In this document: one piece after another, positions 1 through 8,942 of the stretch
Numbering within the stretch: position 1 is the stretch's first letter
How the letters are laid out: every line of letters starts with the position of its first letter
Source: a virus
Direction: 5' to 3' (one strand)
Virus record (IMG/VR): IMGVR_UViG_3300045971_000528
Location: 1 to 64,000 of that record
DNA length: 64,000 nt
The notes under the pieces: generated by a model
The model's input: the letters and a program-made list of their open reading frames with translations, nothing else
The model's database searches: none
What the model was told of the DNA's origin: nothing
Translations under genes and position numbers: made by a program

Positions 1-87
1 ATGGTGTTCTCAGTTGAATGTAAAACGGACGCCGAACCACCAGAGATCTACTCGGGCGAACCAGCGTCCGTTGTTCTTGCCGAAACC

Positions 88-111
88 GGCCCGAACCGCA
101 TGGTTCGGGCC
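88..111 (-). terminator. Inverted repeat, probable terminator after the PEP-CTERM gene
   Basis: GGCCCGAACC-N4-GGTTCGGGCC perfect 10-bp stem just downstream of the stop at 132. Confidence 0.55.
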
Positions 112-131
112 GTCGAGCGTGATCTTGGTGA

Positions 132-668
132 TCATTGTGATCTACGGCGCAGATGTAGCCCAATCAAACCGATCGCCAGAAGTGCAAGACTTGAAGGCTC
201 TGGAACAGGAGACACATCAACCAGAAAAGTATTTATCTCTGACCAAGTCGCCACTTGCCCAGTCCAAGAATGAGAGACTGGAAGGGTCGCGAATGTGACG
301 AATCTTCCAATGACCGGGTCGAATGTTCTGATGTTCTCAGATGCATTGAACACTGAAGCCGCGACAACTTCAGCGCCATCAACAAGGATGTTTGCGACAT
401 TCCCACTGCTGACGCTACCATTCCAGTAGGCCAAAACTCCAGAGATTTCGACATTAGCGCCCATGTCGAAAGTGATTGGTCCTAAACCGTTGAACGTCCA
501 CTTAGTGTTGTCGTTGCCGTCGATCGCAAAAACTGCTGGACCTGTGTACCAAGTATCGGCCCATTGAGTTTCACCAGCAGCCGAAACAGCCACAGGCGAA
601 ACCCAAGTTGGCCCCGCGTGGACCGTGAAAGCCAACGCGGCGGAAAATGCAAAAGCGAATCTCTTCAT
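132..668 (-). CDS. PEP-CTERM sorting-domain protein with discoidin/F5-8-like domain
   Basis: Signal peptide MKRFAFAFSAALAFTVHA; AIDGNDNTKW discoidin-like motif; C-terminal VPEPSSLALLAIGLIGLHLRRR. Confidence 0.85.
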   Translation of the reverse strand: MKRFAFAFSAALAFTVHAGPTWVSPVAVSAAGETQWADTWYTGPAVFAIDGNDNTKWTFNGLGPITFDMGANVEISGVLAYWNGSVSSGNVANILVDGAEVVAASVFNASENIRTFDPVIGRFVTFATLPVSHSWTGQVATWSEINTFLVDVSPVPEPSSLALLAIGLIGLHLRRRSQ

Positions 669-776
669 GTTATCCCTTAGTCGATAATGAATCATATCAC
701 AACAACGTTTTGAACGCACTGCGATTTACAGGTTGCACTTACGCATAAATAACTCATTATCAGTGATGGAGCAATC

Positions 777-1445
777 ATGAAGTGTTTTCACGGATGTGGC
801 CAACAGGCGTTGTTCTTTGCGCCAACGCTGTCCCGACGAGAGAAGGCGGACGTGTGGGTCTGTGCTCGCAGAGCAGCGCAATGCCCAACCAAGATGGGGC
901 AGATCAGACAGAAGCGGTTAGACACGCTGGCTGAAGTCGATGCTGATGGTGTTGATGGCTTCACGCGCAATGCACTCGCAGTGTCTGCCTCACGTCGCCA
1001 AGAGGACGGTACTTTCAACGGTGCAGAGAAGATGGTTCAAACCAAGCGATCAACGAAAGACGCCGATGGACGTGACATCTACCAACAGACCGCCATCAAG
1101 ACCGCCATCACTCGCTTTGGTCAATACGCTGGACTGGAGGGCATGCCCGAGTTCGAGATCTACCGCTACCACGTCAAGCGCATCACCGAACAACAACCCC
1201 TGCATCTTCTTCCTAAGCATGAGAAAAGGGCCGCCTACGGTAAAGCAGACGACCCCCATCAGGTAGATCACAAATTCTCAGTGGTGCAGGGCTTCTTGAA
1301 GAACATTCCGCCCTACATCATTGGTCACATCTCCAACTTGGAGATGCTTCCATCACGCCTGAACAACTCGAAAGGGTCGTCCTGTTCGATCACGGAAGAA
1401 GCTCTGCTCGAGGGCTTCTTCTCATCGATCAGAGTTGCGCAATGA
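777..1445 (+). CDS. Putative freestanding HNH-type endonuclease
   Basis: C-terminal HQVDHKFS...GHISNLEMLPSRLNNSKG motif; N-terminal Cys cluster; TAAATA late-promoter motif at 746-751; only convincing plus-strand gene in the window. Confidence 0.6.
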   Translation: MKCFHGCGQQALFFAPTLSRREKADVWVCARRAAQCPTKMGQIRQKRLDTLAEVDADGVDGFTRNALAVSASRRQEDGTFNGAEKMVQTKRSTKDADGRDIYQQTAIKTAITRFGQYAGLEGMPEFEIYRYHVKRITEQQPLHLLPKHEKRAAYGKADDPHQVDHKFSVVQGFLKNIPPYIIGHISNLEMLPSRLNNSKGSSCSITEEALLEGFFSSIRVAQ

Positions 1446-3036
1446 GTTGCGGAGCGGCAGAGTCGAAACCTGCGATGTCCAACATTCCGGCATCCTTCGG
1501 ATCCGCGATGGTGAACTCGCTCACAGACGTTCCAATGACAATCGACTTCGCCATCGGGTTGAGCTTCTTCCGGTAATCGCGAAGCGCTTCCACCGGCTGG
1601 ATCGAACCGGCCCAAGTTTCGTTGTCGGTCAGAACAACGAACTTGTCCACCTTCATGCCGTGCTGGGAAGCATGCATCATCGGCAGAGCGCAGTCAGTGC
1701 CGCCCCACGAGAAGCGCTGCATCACCTTCAGAACCGCGTCGAGACGCATGTTCGGCGTGATCTTCAGCTCGCCCATCTTGGTGTTGAAACCACCGATCCA
1801 GTAGTTCGGCTGGTTCTTCACGACCGCGAGGGCCATGACACCAGCAACTTCTGCAGCGGTCAGGTTCGGGGAACCGTTGACGTGTGCACCAAACATGGAA
1901 CCAGAGCAGTCCACACCCACCAGGTACGAGTCATCCGTCTTCTCTTGCGTGGCAAAGGAAGCGTAGAACGCATCGTTGATGGCGTCGAGAACGCGTTGAT
2001 CAGCCTTCCAGGTCAGGGAACCCTTCTCGCCGTGACCAACGCTGTATTGCTTGAACGCCTGCAGGAGCGTGATCGGGTGGACACGCTGCTTGCGCAGGGA
2101 CTCCACGTCGCTTAGCTTCGCGATGACGTTCTTCGTACCAGCCGACAGCGGTGCGATCACGCCGTGGGCCGTCAGGGCACCCAGCTTGCGGATCGTTGCC
2201 GTCAGGCCCATGTTCACCACGAGGGCGGACAGGACATCGGCATCCTTCAGGAACTGGGTCGGAACCATTTCCCACGTGAGGTTGGAGTTGCCCTCAACCA
2301 GACGCAGAACGGTCTTCTTGTCCTCGGCACGCTTCAGGTACTCGAAGTCGACCAGCAGCTGCGGCACAGCTGCGCCTTCCGGCAGTTCACCCTTGACCGC
2401 GTAGCGGAACAGGTTCGACTGCACTTCAGACGACGGCTTCACGTGCGCCAGACGGAGCACGTCACGGTGAGCCCAGCCGTCACGCGACTGGTACTTCAGA
2501 AGCTGGAGAGCCAGCTTGTCCATTTCCTTCGACGTGTACCACTTGGCAACGCCACGCTTTGCAGCCGCGTTCCACTTGCCCATCGAGTCGAGGATCGACA
2601 CGAACATGAACAGCCAGGTGCCAGTACGAGCGATGCGTGGCAGCGCGTCGTAGGCAGCTTGCTTGGTCTCGTCGTTGCCGAACACCGCTGCGAGAGCGAT
2701 GGCCACAACAGCCGGGTCGTTCTTCGGCGCACGGCCAGCGAGCGAGTACTCGAGGGCACGGTTCACCACACGGACACCGTCAGCGGCAATGCACGCCTTC
2801 ACGGTGTTGAACGACATCTTGGTCGTGTCCTTCTTGCCGACGTAGTAGCCGGCCGACTCGGAACCCAGCGTCAGGAAGCGGTCGAGCACGCCCCACTGGT
2901 CGAGGGTGAAGGTGACACCACCTGCGTTGTTGGTCTTCATGTCAGCTTCGCGGCCCGGGATGGCACGGGACTGTGGCGTAACCGACTTGGTCGGCGACAG
3001 GGAAGCTGCGTGGGAAGTGTAGGTGTTTGCTGCCAT
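1429..3036 (-). CDS. rsr: Ro60/Rsr TROVE-domain RNA-binding protein with C-terminal vWA domain
   Basis: NNAGG..F..D....LDRFLTLGSE, KYQSRDGWAHRDVLRLAH, VDCSGSM (MIDAS), GGTDCALP, TDNETW, IADPKDAGMLDIAGFDSAAP; SD AAGGAG upstream. Confidence 0.95.
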   Translation of the reverse strand: MAANTYTSHAASLSPTKSVTPQSRAIPGREADMKTNNAGGVTFTLDQWGVLDRFLTLGSESAGYYVGKKDTTKMSFNTVKACIAADGVRVVNRALEYSLAGRAPKNDPAVVAIALAAVFGNDETKQAAYDALPRIARTGTWLFMFVSILDSMGKWNAAAKRGVAKWYTSKEMDKLALQLLKYQSRDGWAHRDVLRLAHVKPSSEVQSNLFRYAVKGELPEGAAVPQLLVDFEYLKRAEDKKTVLRLVEGNSNLTWEMVPTQFLKDADVLSALVVNMGLTATIRKLGALTAHGVIAPLSAGTKNVIAKLSDVESLRKQRVHPITLLQAFKQYSVGHGEKGSLTWKADQRVLDAINDAFYASFATQEKTDDSYLVGVDCSGSMFGAHVNGSPNLTAAEVAGVMALAVVKNQPNYWIGGFNTKMGELKITPNMRLDAVLKVMQRFSWGGTDCALPMMHASQHGMKVDKFVVLTDNETWAGSIQPVEALRDYRKKLNPMAKSIVIGTSVSEFTIADPKDAGMLDIAGFDSAAPQLIAQL

Positions 3037-3089
3037 GATGTTTCTCTCCTTTGGAATGACGGCTATCACTTGATAGCGAATGATCAAAA

Positions 3090-3386
3090 TCAACCTGTAC
3101 GACGAAAAGCGGGATCGGAGATTTCGGTCGCTACGTCGCAATGACGCGCTTCCTACACCCGTCTTGAGGCGACGAGTAACCTACCGGATTACGACCCCGG
3201 AAACATCACGCAGATTCGACGCGTAATCCCTACCTCCATGATTCGACATGGACACCTACTTCTGTGGTTCGGCACAGATACCTACTCTGCTTGTCCGGCT
3301 TGCTTTCCAACTTGCGATGGGGCACAGAGCTTCGAAGTTACAGTAGTTCGATTGTGGTAACCAATACCAACGGTCGAACAGGTTGA
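3090..3386 (-). ncRNA. Long (~300 nt) Y-RNA-like RNA with internal hairpin/GUAGG array
   Basis: 5' UCAACCUGUUCGAC-C-G pairs with 3' CGUCGUACAGGUUGA; UUGGUUACC motif; lies directly upstream of rsr. Confidence 0.7.
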
Positions 3387-3416
3387 AGTTGATTGAAATA
3401 CTGAGGGCTGACGACT

Positions 3417-3571
3417 GAATGAAAGGTCTGACAAAGAGTGGGACGGAGATTGAAGACATCACCAGGTCTTGCATTCTGTTTGTACCCTTTCGGGTAGCGA
3501 TTTGCTTCCGTTGGCTTTCGCCGTCAGTAGCTCCATGAGTAGATAACCATCGCCGATCGGTCAGATCATTC
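3417..3571 (-). ncRNA. Y RNA (Ro60-binding)
   Basis: 5' UCUGAC-C-GA pairs with 3' UUGUCAGA (bulged-C helix), followed by UGGUUAUC; adjacent to rsr. Confidence 0.8.
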
Positions 3572-3617
3572 GTTTGCGTTGAAGATCACGTGTGTGAAGT
3601 TTCCAACGCATGTAGCT

Positions 3618-3646
3618 ATTTTATACGGTTTTCGCGCTGGGTGCAA
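3618..3646 (-). promoter_or_regulatory. Sigma70-type promoter for the Y RNA-rsr unit
   Basis: TTGCAC-N17-TAAAAT on the minus strand. Confidence 0.65.
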
Positions 3647-3654
3647 CTTTTTCA

Positions 3655-4191
3655 TCAACTTTGCGCAGGTTGAATGCGCTTGTAGATCATGCCGTTCAGG
3701 TGGGCGTAACCCTCTTCATCAGGAATGATGACATGATTAGCCAAGTCGCGCTCAGCAATCCTATCATACACAAACCGGGTGACGGTATCCCCGGCTTTCA
3801 GGTCGATCCAATCGAACATGTCCTGATCCATGTAGCGCCCGAATGGCGGGTCTGAGAAGTCGACGAGCTCGGCCTCTTGAACACCAGCAGCGTCGAGCAA
3901 CTTCTGATGATCGTCCAGCGACATCGTCTCTCCCATTCGGGCAGACAGTGCCTCGCGGCCCTTCTCACGCAACCCGTCTCTGATCTCGTTGTAATCCCAT
4001 GCCACTGCACAGATCAAAGCTGCCGTGTAGAGCGAGCCGTAGTAGGTGACAACTGACAACCCAATGTAGGCAAGCCACCAGGGCCATGAACAATGGTAGA
4101 GAACGAGACTTCCACCAATCACAGTGCAAGCACCCCAAATGGATCGAGTGCGTTCAACTACATTGCCAACCTTGTCATCGAATGTTGTCAT
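3655..4191 (-). CDS. Hypothetical membrane protein
   Basis: Two N-terminal hydrophobic segments; tight packing with neighbours. Confidence 0.7.
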   Translation of the reverse strand: MTTFDDKVGNVVERTRSIWGACTVIGGSLVLYHCSWPWWLAYIGLSVVTYYGSLYTAALICAVAWDYNEIRDGLREKGREALSARMGETMSLDDHQKLLDAAGVQEAELVDFSDPPFGRYMDQDMFDWIDLKAGDTVTRFVYDRIAERDLANHVIIPDEEGYAHLNGMIYKRIQPAQS

Positions 4192-4192
4192 G

Positions 4193-4918
4193 TCAGTGGT
4201 TCTTCAGTGCGTGTATGAAGCGTCTCTTGGACTGAACCAAGTAGGTCTTTGCAACAACTTCGATGCTGGCTCGCATCGACTTGGCGATACGCTCGTCAGG
4301 TGTCGAGTGTGGATCCGTCTTGGTAGTGAACGGGTGGGGTGCTTGACCACGCCCTGCATGATGGTCATCATTGCCTGCGTAGGTGCGAATGTTACCATTG
4401 GCAAGGATCTTGCGGCGCACACGAACCGTCTTGCGCTTCTCGTCACCAATTGGTGGCTCGTAGTCACCAATGAAGTTGAGCGTGCCGTTCTTAAGGTCAC
4501 CTGCCGTAGACTTGTCCTCGAAGCCGATGGACAGAAGATGCTTGTACTCGGGAGATGAACGAACCTTGGCAATTGCTGGCGCGATGTGGTCCCTCGTAGC
4601 ACCCATCAGATTGAGCCACTCGCCAACGGTGCCCATGATGGCCGCTGGACGGTAGTCGCCACCCTTCGATGACGACTTTGGGCGGTAGTGGGCATGGTCG
4701 TAGGTCGGGCGTTGCATCTCAGGCTTGCCATCAGGACCCTTGACCTTCTCATCCTTGTACTTGAAGTGCTTGCCGGTTGCCACGAACCTGCCTTGGTTGA
4801 CATCGAAGTCTTTCTCGACTGTCGCCCCAGGGGTGTCCGCAGACACGTACACCTTCTTGCGCTCAATCTTTTGGCGGGGCTTGTTGTAGCGGATCTCGAA
4901 CAGTTCAGAGGTCTTCAT
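4193..4918 (-). CDS. Hypothetical protein with CTS-like N-terminus (MKTSELFE)
   Basis: 241 aa ORF; TAAATA motif upstream near 4946. Confidence 0.75.
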   Translation of the reverse strand: MKTSELFEIRYNKPRQKIERKKVYVSADTPGATVEKDFDVNQGRFVATGKHFKYKDEKVKGPDGKPEMQRPTYDHAHYRPKSSSKGGDYRPAAIMGTVGEWLNLMGATRDHIAPAIAKVRSSPEYKHLLSIGFEDKSTAGDLKNGTLNFIGDYEPPIGDEKRKTVRVRRKILANGNIRTYAGNDDHHAGRGQAPHPFTTKTDPHSTPDERIAKSMRASIEVVAKTYLVQSKRRFIHALKNH

Positions 4919-4970
4919 CGGTAGGTCTCAATAGGATCGATTGGTTATTTACGCCAATCGACCCCTCTGC

Positions 4971-5546
4971 CTACTGCAGGTGCTGCCAGACCCTGCTGTG
5001 CTCAGGGATGTAGGCCTTCAGGAACTCCATCTGGCAGGTCAGGATGTTCCGGTTCTCCAGCACGAGAGCCTCAGCCTTGTTGGGGGCGTACGGCACGTAC
5101 AGGAGCTTCATGCCTACTTCGTCGAGCAGGTGTGCGTCCTTGCGGTGGTTGCAGTCCTCGCAGCAGGTCACCACGTTGGTCCACTTGTCCAGGCCACCAC
5201 GCGAACGCGGGATGACGTGGTCACGCGTCAGGTGGATGTGCTTGAAGATCTTGCCGCAGTAAGCGCACATGTAGTGGTCACGTCGGAACAGGTCCGGGTT
5301 CGTCAGTGCAGGCGGCTTGTTCATGCGAGCCTTGGCCCCCTCACCCTTGACAGCAATGATTGGAGCAGTGACGATGCGTGACTGTGTACCTGTGATGCGG
5401 TTCTCACCGCCACGGAACATCACGTCGCCTTCACCCTCGCCCAGCTGCCATGCAACCAGGTTCTTGGCGTGGTAGACGATTGCGTCTTGGTGGCTGATCC
5501 AGTCCTGCGGAGTTCCGCCGACGTCCAGCTTAAGGATTCTGCTCAT
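4971..5546 (-). CDS. HNH endonuclease (McrA-like)
   Basis: RDHYMCAYCG, TRDHVIPRSRGG, WTNVVTCCEDCNHRK. Confidence 0.9.
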   Translation of the reverse strand: MSRILKLDVGGTPQDWISHQDAIVYHAKNLVAWQLGEGEGDVMFRGGENRITGTQSRIVTAPIIAVKGEGAKARMNKPPALTNPDLFRRDHYMCAYCGKIFKHIHLTRDHVIPRSRGGLDKWTNVVTCCEDCNHRKDAHLLDEVGMKLLYVPYAPNKAEALVLENRNILTCQMEFLKAYIPEHSRVWQHLQ

Positions 5547-5995
5547 GATCGTATCTGCCTTTCTAGTTCTTCTACAAACTTTACGTGGTCCTTCCGGCCC
5601 TTGGTTCTGAATTCTTCCAGCGACATCCACAGAGTGTACTCTGTCTCGTCGCACCATTTGTCGAAGTCGTGCCGATCCTGGACACCGACACCAAACACCG
5701 TGAGGTGATAGGCGCCTGAGTACAACTCGATCCGACCCTCGAATACCAACCGAAGGTCACCGCGTGCGTTGCGCATCTTGAAGCCGAGTTCTTCTTCGGC
5801 CTCGCGAACTGCTGCTTCGAGCGGTGTCTCACCTTCTTCGATCTTTCCCTTGCTGATCATCGGCCGTGGGCCACCGTACTTGGGGTCTGACGAGATCATC
5901 ATGAGGTACAGCGGAACCCCTTGATCATCCCGCAGCCAGGGAATCAACCCTGCCCGAGCGCGCTTTTCGTAACCTGATTCGTCTGATGAGTGCAT
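5543..5995 (-). CDS. NUDIX hydrolase
   Basis: Nudix box KGKIEEGETPLEAAVREAEEELG; start placed at MHSSD directly after a -10 element. Confidence 0.9.
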   Translation of the reverse strand: MHSSDESGYEKRARAGLIPWLRDDQGVPLYLMMISSDPKYGGPRPMISKGKIEEGETPLEAAVREAEEELGFKMRNARGDLRLVFEGRIELYSGAYHLTVFGVGVQDRHDFDKWCDETEYTLWMSLEEFRTKGRKDHVKFVEELERQIRS

Positions 5996-6000
5996 GATGC

Positions 6001-6044
6001 ATTTTAACCTATTGGCGGCCTGTTGTACATTCCCGACCTGTAAC
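6001..6044 (-). promoter_or_regulatory. GTTACA-box promoter
   Basis: GTTACA-N9-TGTACA-N17-TAAAAT; same architecture recurs at four other loci. Confidence 0.7.
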
Positions 6045-6048
6045 AACA

Positions 6049-6080
6049 ACGGGGTCCTGTCTAGTTGAACAGGACCCCGT
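6049..6080 (-). terminator. Intrinsic terminator
   Basis: ACGGGGTCCTGT/ACAGGACCCCGT stem followed by TGTTGTT on the minus strand. Confidence 0.7.
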
Positions 6081-6113
6081 GCCAAGGTGTTGAACTGTTC
6101 AGTGTGTGTGTCG

Positions 6114-6251
6114 TCAGATGAGTTCGAAGACCCAACGGAAGCATGCCACATCAAGGATGAAGCATGAGTATTCAATGTCTGCGTCTGGGTCAGCCTGGAT
6201 GTACTCCAGCCCAAAGGCAAGACCCATGATGAGATCGAATGAAACCTGCAT
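6114..6251 (-). CDS. Small hypothetical protein (45 aa)
   Basis: MQVSFDLIMGLAFGLEY...; fills the gap between neighbours. Confidence 0.55.
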   Translation of the reverse strand: MQVSFDLIMGLAFGLEYIQADPDADIEYSCFILDVACFRWVFELI

Positions 6252-6253
6252 AC

Positions 6254-6370
6254 CTACTTCTTTGGCGTGATCACAGACGTGACAACTGGTTTGATCCACT
6301 TGGTGTAGACCATCATCCAGAACGGTGCGAATGCGGTGCCGACTGCGACACCAATTGCGAAATCAATCAT
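6254..6370 (-). CDS. Small membrane peptide (38 aa)
   Basis: MIDFAIGVAVGTAFAPFWMMVYTKWIKP..; GGAGG SD and a TAAATA motif upstream. Confidence 0.55.
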   Translation of the reverse strand: MIDFAIGVAVGTAFAPFWMMVYTKWIKPVVTSVITPKK

Positions 6371-6419
6371 GTGAACCTCCACTACTGGCAGACGCTGCCA
6401 TTGATGCTCTATTTATGCT

Positions 6420-7460
6420 CTAGCTTGCGACACTACAGATCAGCTCATACGCCTTCGTGGTGCGCAGCAGGTCGAATGGAATCTGATCAGGACGAAGCAC
6501 CCCAGCGGCAAGTTCACCGCGCAGAAGGAGTTCGACGACAGCAACACCAGTGCCGGCCGTTGTCAGTTCAAGAGCTGTCAGCCCGAGCCCATCGTGTGAG
6601 TAGAAGTGAATGCCACGAGAAGCTACACGACCTGTGATGTCCTTTGCGAGTGCGCACAACACAACCACGTCATCACGCGTGGTGTTGAACGCCTGCTTGG
6701 CCAGCTCGACACCCTTCTCGAGGTCGTTGTCGGCCATCGCAATCAAGCGTTGGATGTATTGTAGGTGGCCAGGATGGCGCAGCGTCTTGTACTCCACCGA
6801 TGGAATGTGGTCATAGGCGTCGAGATTGCCGACACCACCTGACGTGGTGAACCCCTCATAGAGGCGACCGTCAATCATGAGAGACTCTTCGTCAGACAGT
6901 GGAGCCACTTCTTCGATGATTCCATTGACCTTCCGCGCAGCCGGCTTGAGATACTCGTTGATCAGGCCCTCTGGCGACCAGGTGATACAGTAGTGTGCTG
7001 GCCCGAAAGACACCTGGGGCAGCGCCCCCACACGCAGAATCAACTCGGCCGGTGTCGAAAGCTTCTCAAACAGTGACAGCCCGATGTAACTTACCAGACC
7101 AGGAGCCAAACCCGTTTGGGGGACAAACGTGACACGGCTGATTTGAAGAGCCTCGATTGCACGCGTGACTGAAGTGTCTTCAGTGAAGTCGATGTAGTTG
7201 CTGCCGATTTTCTGGGCAATCTCAGCGACCTGGATATTGATGAAGAACGGGGTCGAACAGATCACGACCTTTGGTGCCACATCGCGTAGCACCGCCTCAA
7301 GTTGATCACGACCAACGGCCAAGCGGGTACTGAAGGGAGTGGCAGCAAGCGCGATCTCGCTGCTGTCGATAAGGACGAAATCAGTCTCGCCGATGTGAGC
7401 GAGGATCTTGGCACACGCAATGCCGACGCGGCCAGCACCGACGATGGCGATCTTGGTCAT
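6420..7460 (-). CDS. Saccharopine dehydrogenase family NAD(P)-binding oxidoreductase
   Basis: GAGRVG Rossmann motif, GLAPG, TWSPEGLINEY, TTSGG, YKTLRHPGH. Confidence 0.9.
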   Translation of the reverse strand: MTKIAIVGAGRVGIACAKILAHIGETDFVLIDSSEIALAATPFSTRLAVGRDQLEAVLRDVAPKVVICSTPFFINIQVAEIAQKIGSNYIDFTEDTSVTRAIEALQISRVTFVPQTGLAPGLVSYIGLSLFEKLSTPAELILRVGALPQVSFGPAHYCITWSPEGLINEYLKPAARKVNGIIEEVAPLSDEESLMIDGRLYEGFTTSGGVGNLDAYDHIPSVEYKTLRHPGHLQYIQRLIAMADNDLEKGVELAKQAFNTTRDDVVVLCALAKDITGRVASRGIHFYSHDGLGLTALELTTAGTGVAVVELLLRGELAAGVLRPDQIPFDLLRTTKAYELICSVAS

Positions 7461-7483
7461 GAGAAGCTCCTAGGTTGGTGCTT

Positions 7484-7804
7484 CTATTTACCAGTGGGGA
7501 GGGGCTCTTTTCCCAGGTAGCCCATGAGCGTTTCAGCCAGACGATTGGCGGCATTGATAGAATCCTGATGCTCGCGCTCAATCATCTCGATGGTCACTCG
7601 ATGGCAGAAGGACGCGTCGCATGAGTTTCGATACTTGTTGCGCCCATCTACCCGAACGTAGTGAAATAGCGGCGTCGATCTGTTTCGATACTCGATGCGT
7701 TCGAGAATGTGATAGCCAACATGGTAGCCAGTGATGAGCTGACCAACTTCGAGAGTGTCGTCCCATTCCAACGACACGCCGTTTGGAGAGACGACGGTGA
7801 CCAT
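7484..7804 (-). CDS. Hypothetical protein
   Basis: 106 aa ORF with start overlapping the upstream stop. Confidence 0.6.
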   Translation of the reverse strand: MVTVVSPNGVSLEWDDTLEVGQLITGYHVGYHILERIEYRNRSTPLFHYVRVDGRNKYRNSCDASFCHRVTIEMIEREHQDSINAANRLAETLMGYLGKEPLPTGK

Positions 7805-8037
7805 CAGAAGGCCCAGGTCTTGCTGAAGTCTTCGCGAGCGCTGTTGGCCGCGAACGCCAGCTTTGCGATAGCCTGCACCTCGGTGAGGATAGCTACCCGC
7901 TCTTCGAAGGGCAGGGCCGGCATGTCGACGCGATACACCGTATCGGCCATATGCTCTACGGTGCCAGGACTGGCACGACGGAGCTGCATCTTCTCGACTT
8001 CAGAGAGACGACCAAAGATGATGGTGGCTTGTTGCAT
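7804..8037 (-). CDS. Hypothetical protein
   Basis: 77 aa ORF with AAGGA SD. Confidence 0.6.
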   Translation of the reverse strand: MQQATIIFGRLSEVEKMQLRRASPGTVEHMADTVYRVDMPALPFEERVAILTEVQAIAKLAFAANSAREDFSKTWAF

Positions 8038-8087
8038 ACAGTCCTTTGTGAGTGTAGAGCAATTCTACACCATTTAGGGACTGCGTG

Positions 8088-8516
8088 TTATGGAGCCTTA
8101 GGTTGAAGCACGCCAACCTTGTGGAGGGCGGCGAGACGGCGCATCATGGCTAGAGCCTGAACGCCTGTCATGTCGGCGGGCAGGATGGTTGTCGGTAGAT
8201 GATTGGCTAGCATTGGGCTTTCACGCATCGTCTCATCAGAAACATGCATCATGTCCCACTCAGCAAATTCGCGAGCCTTGACATCAATGTAACGGAGGAT
8301 CATTGGATCCTTGTGGCGCCCGTCTCTGACGATCTTGTTGTAGAGACGATTGACCGTAGCACGCTCACCTTCCATCAACTGGATGTAGAGCTGAGGGCTA
8401 GTCACGATCATGCCGCTCACGCCGATGGATCGATTGCGAGCCTGATTGCTTTCGAAGAACGAAGCATTAGGAACTGGTCCAACCGGTATGGAGATGTAGA
8501 CAACCTGGATGACCAT
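8088..8516 (-). CDS. Short BLUF blue-light sensor protein
   Basis: VYIS (Tyr), ARNRSIGVSGMI, YIQLMEG (Gln), V..LY.KI.RD.RH, FAEWDM (Trp/Met). Confidence 0.9.
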   Translation of the reverse strand: MVIQVVYISIPVGPVPNASFFESNQARNRSIGVSGMIVTSPQLYIQLMEGERATVNRLYNKIVRDGRHKDPMILRYIDVKAREFAEWDMMHVSDETMRESPMLANHLPTTILPADMTGVQALAMMRRLAALHKVGVLQPKAP

Positions 8517-8525
8517 GATGTCCTC

Positions 8526-8879
8526 TTACTTTGCGAGATAGGTGAATAGAGCCCAACCGCCAGAGGCAAGGACGGCAGCGATACTGCCTAGACGAATGAC
8601 TGTTGCAACCACAGCTTCATGACGAAGCGCGATGCGGCTTGCTTCCTCAGCGCTCTTTCCGACCAATTGAACAGTGGTGTTCAACGAGTCGAGTGCGGTG
8701 ACGGCACGAGTCAACGTGCGTTCGAGAACGATTTGGTTGCTTGAATCAAGTTGGATCTTTTGGTCCAACCGATCTACGACTTCACGATGAAAATCTTCCA
8801 TATCGGAGATGCGGCGGTCGTGGTTCTCGGCGATCTGCTCGAGAACTGCTAGCCGGGTATCAGTTGATTCTGATGACAT
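8526..8879 (-). CDS. Coiled-coil protein with C-terminal transmembrane helix (XhlA/holin-like)
   Basis: RLAVLE..HDRRISDME coiled coil plus hydrophobic C-terminus; TAAATA upstream. Confidence 0.65.
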   Translation of the reverse strand: MSSESTDTRLAVLEQIAENHDRRISDMEDFHREVVDRLDQKIQLDSSNQIVLERTLTRAVTALDSLNTTVQLVGKSAEEASRIALRHEAVVATVIRLGSIAAVLASGGWALFTYLAK

Positions 8880-8942
8880 TTCGATTTGCCTCTAGGGGTA
8901 TAGGCTCGCTCTATTTAGTACGCTAAGCGCTCGGGAGGCAAC

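Noticed and set aside
3130-3330. GUAGG-spaced repeats as a mini CRISPR array
   Set aside because: The conserved unit is only 5 nt and the intervening parts are self-complementary hairpins; no cas genes are present.
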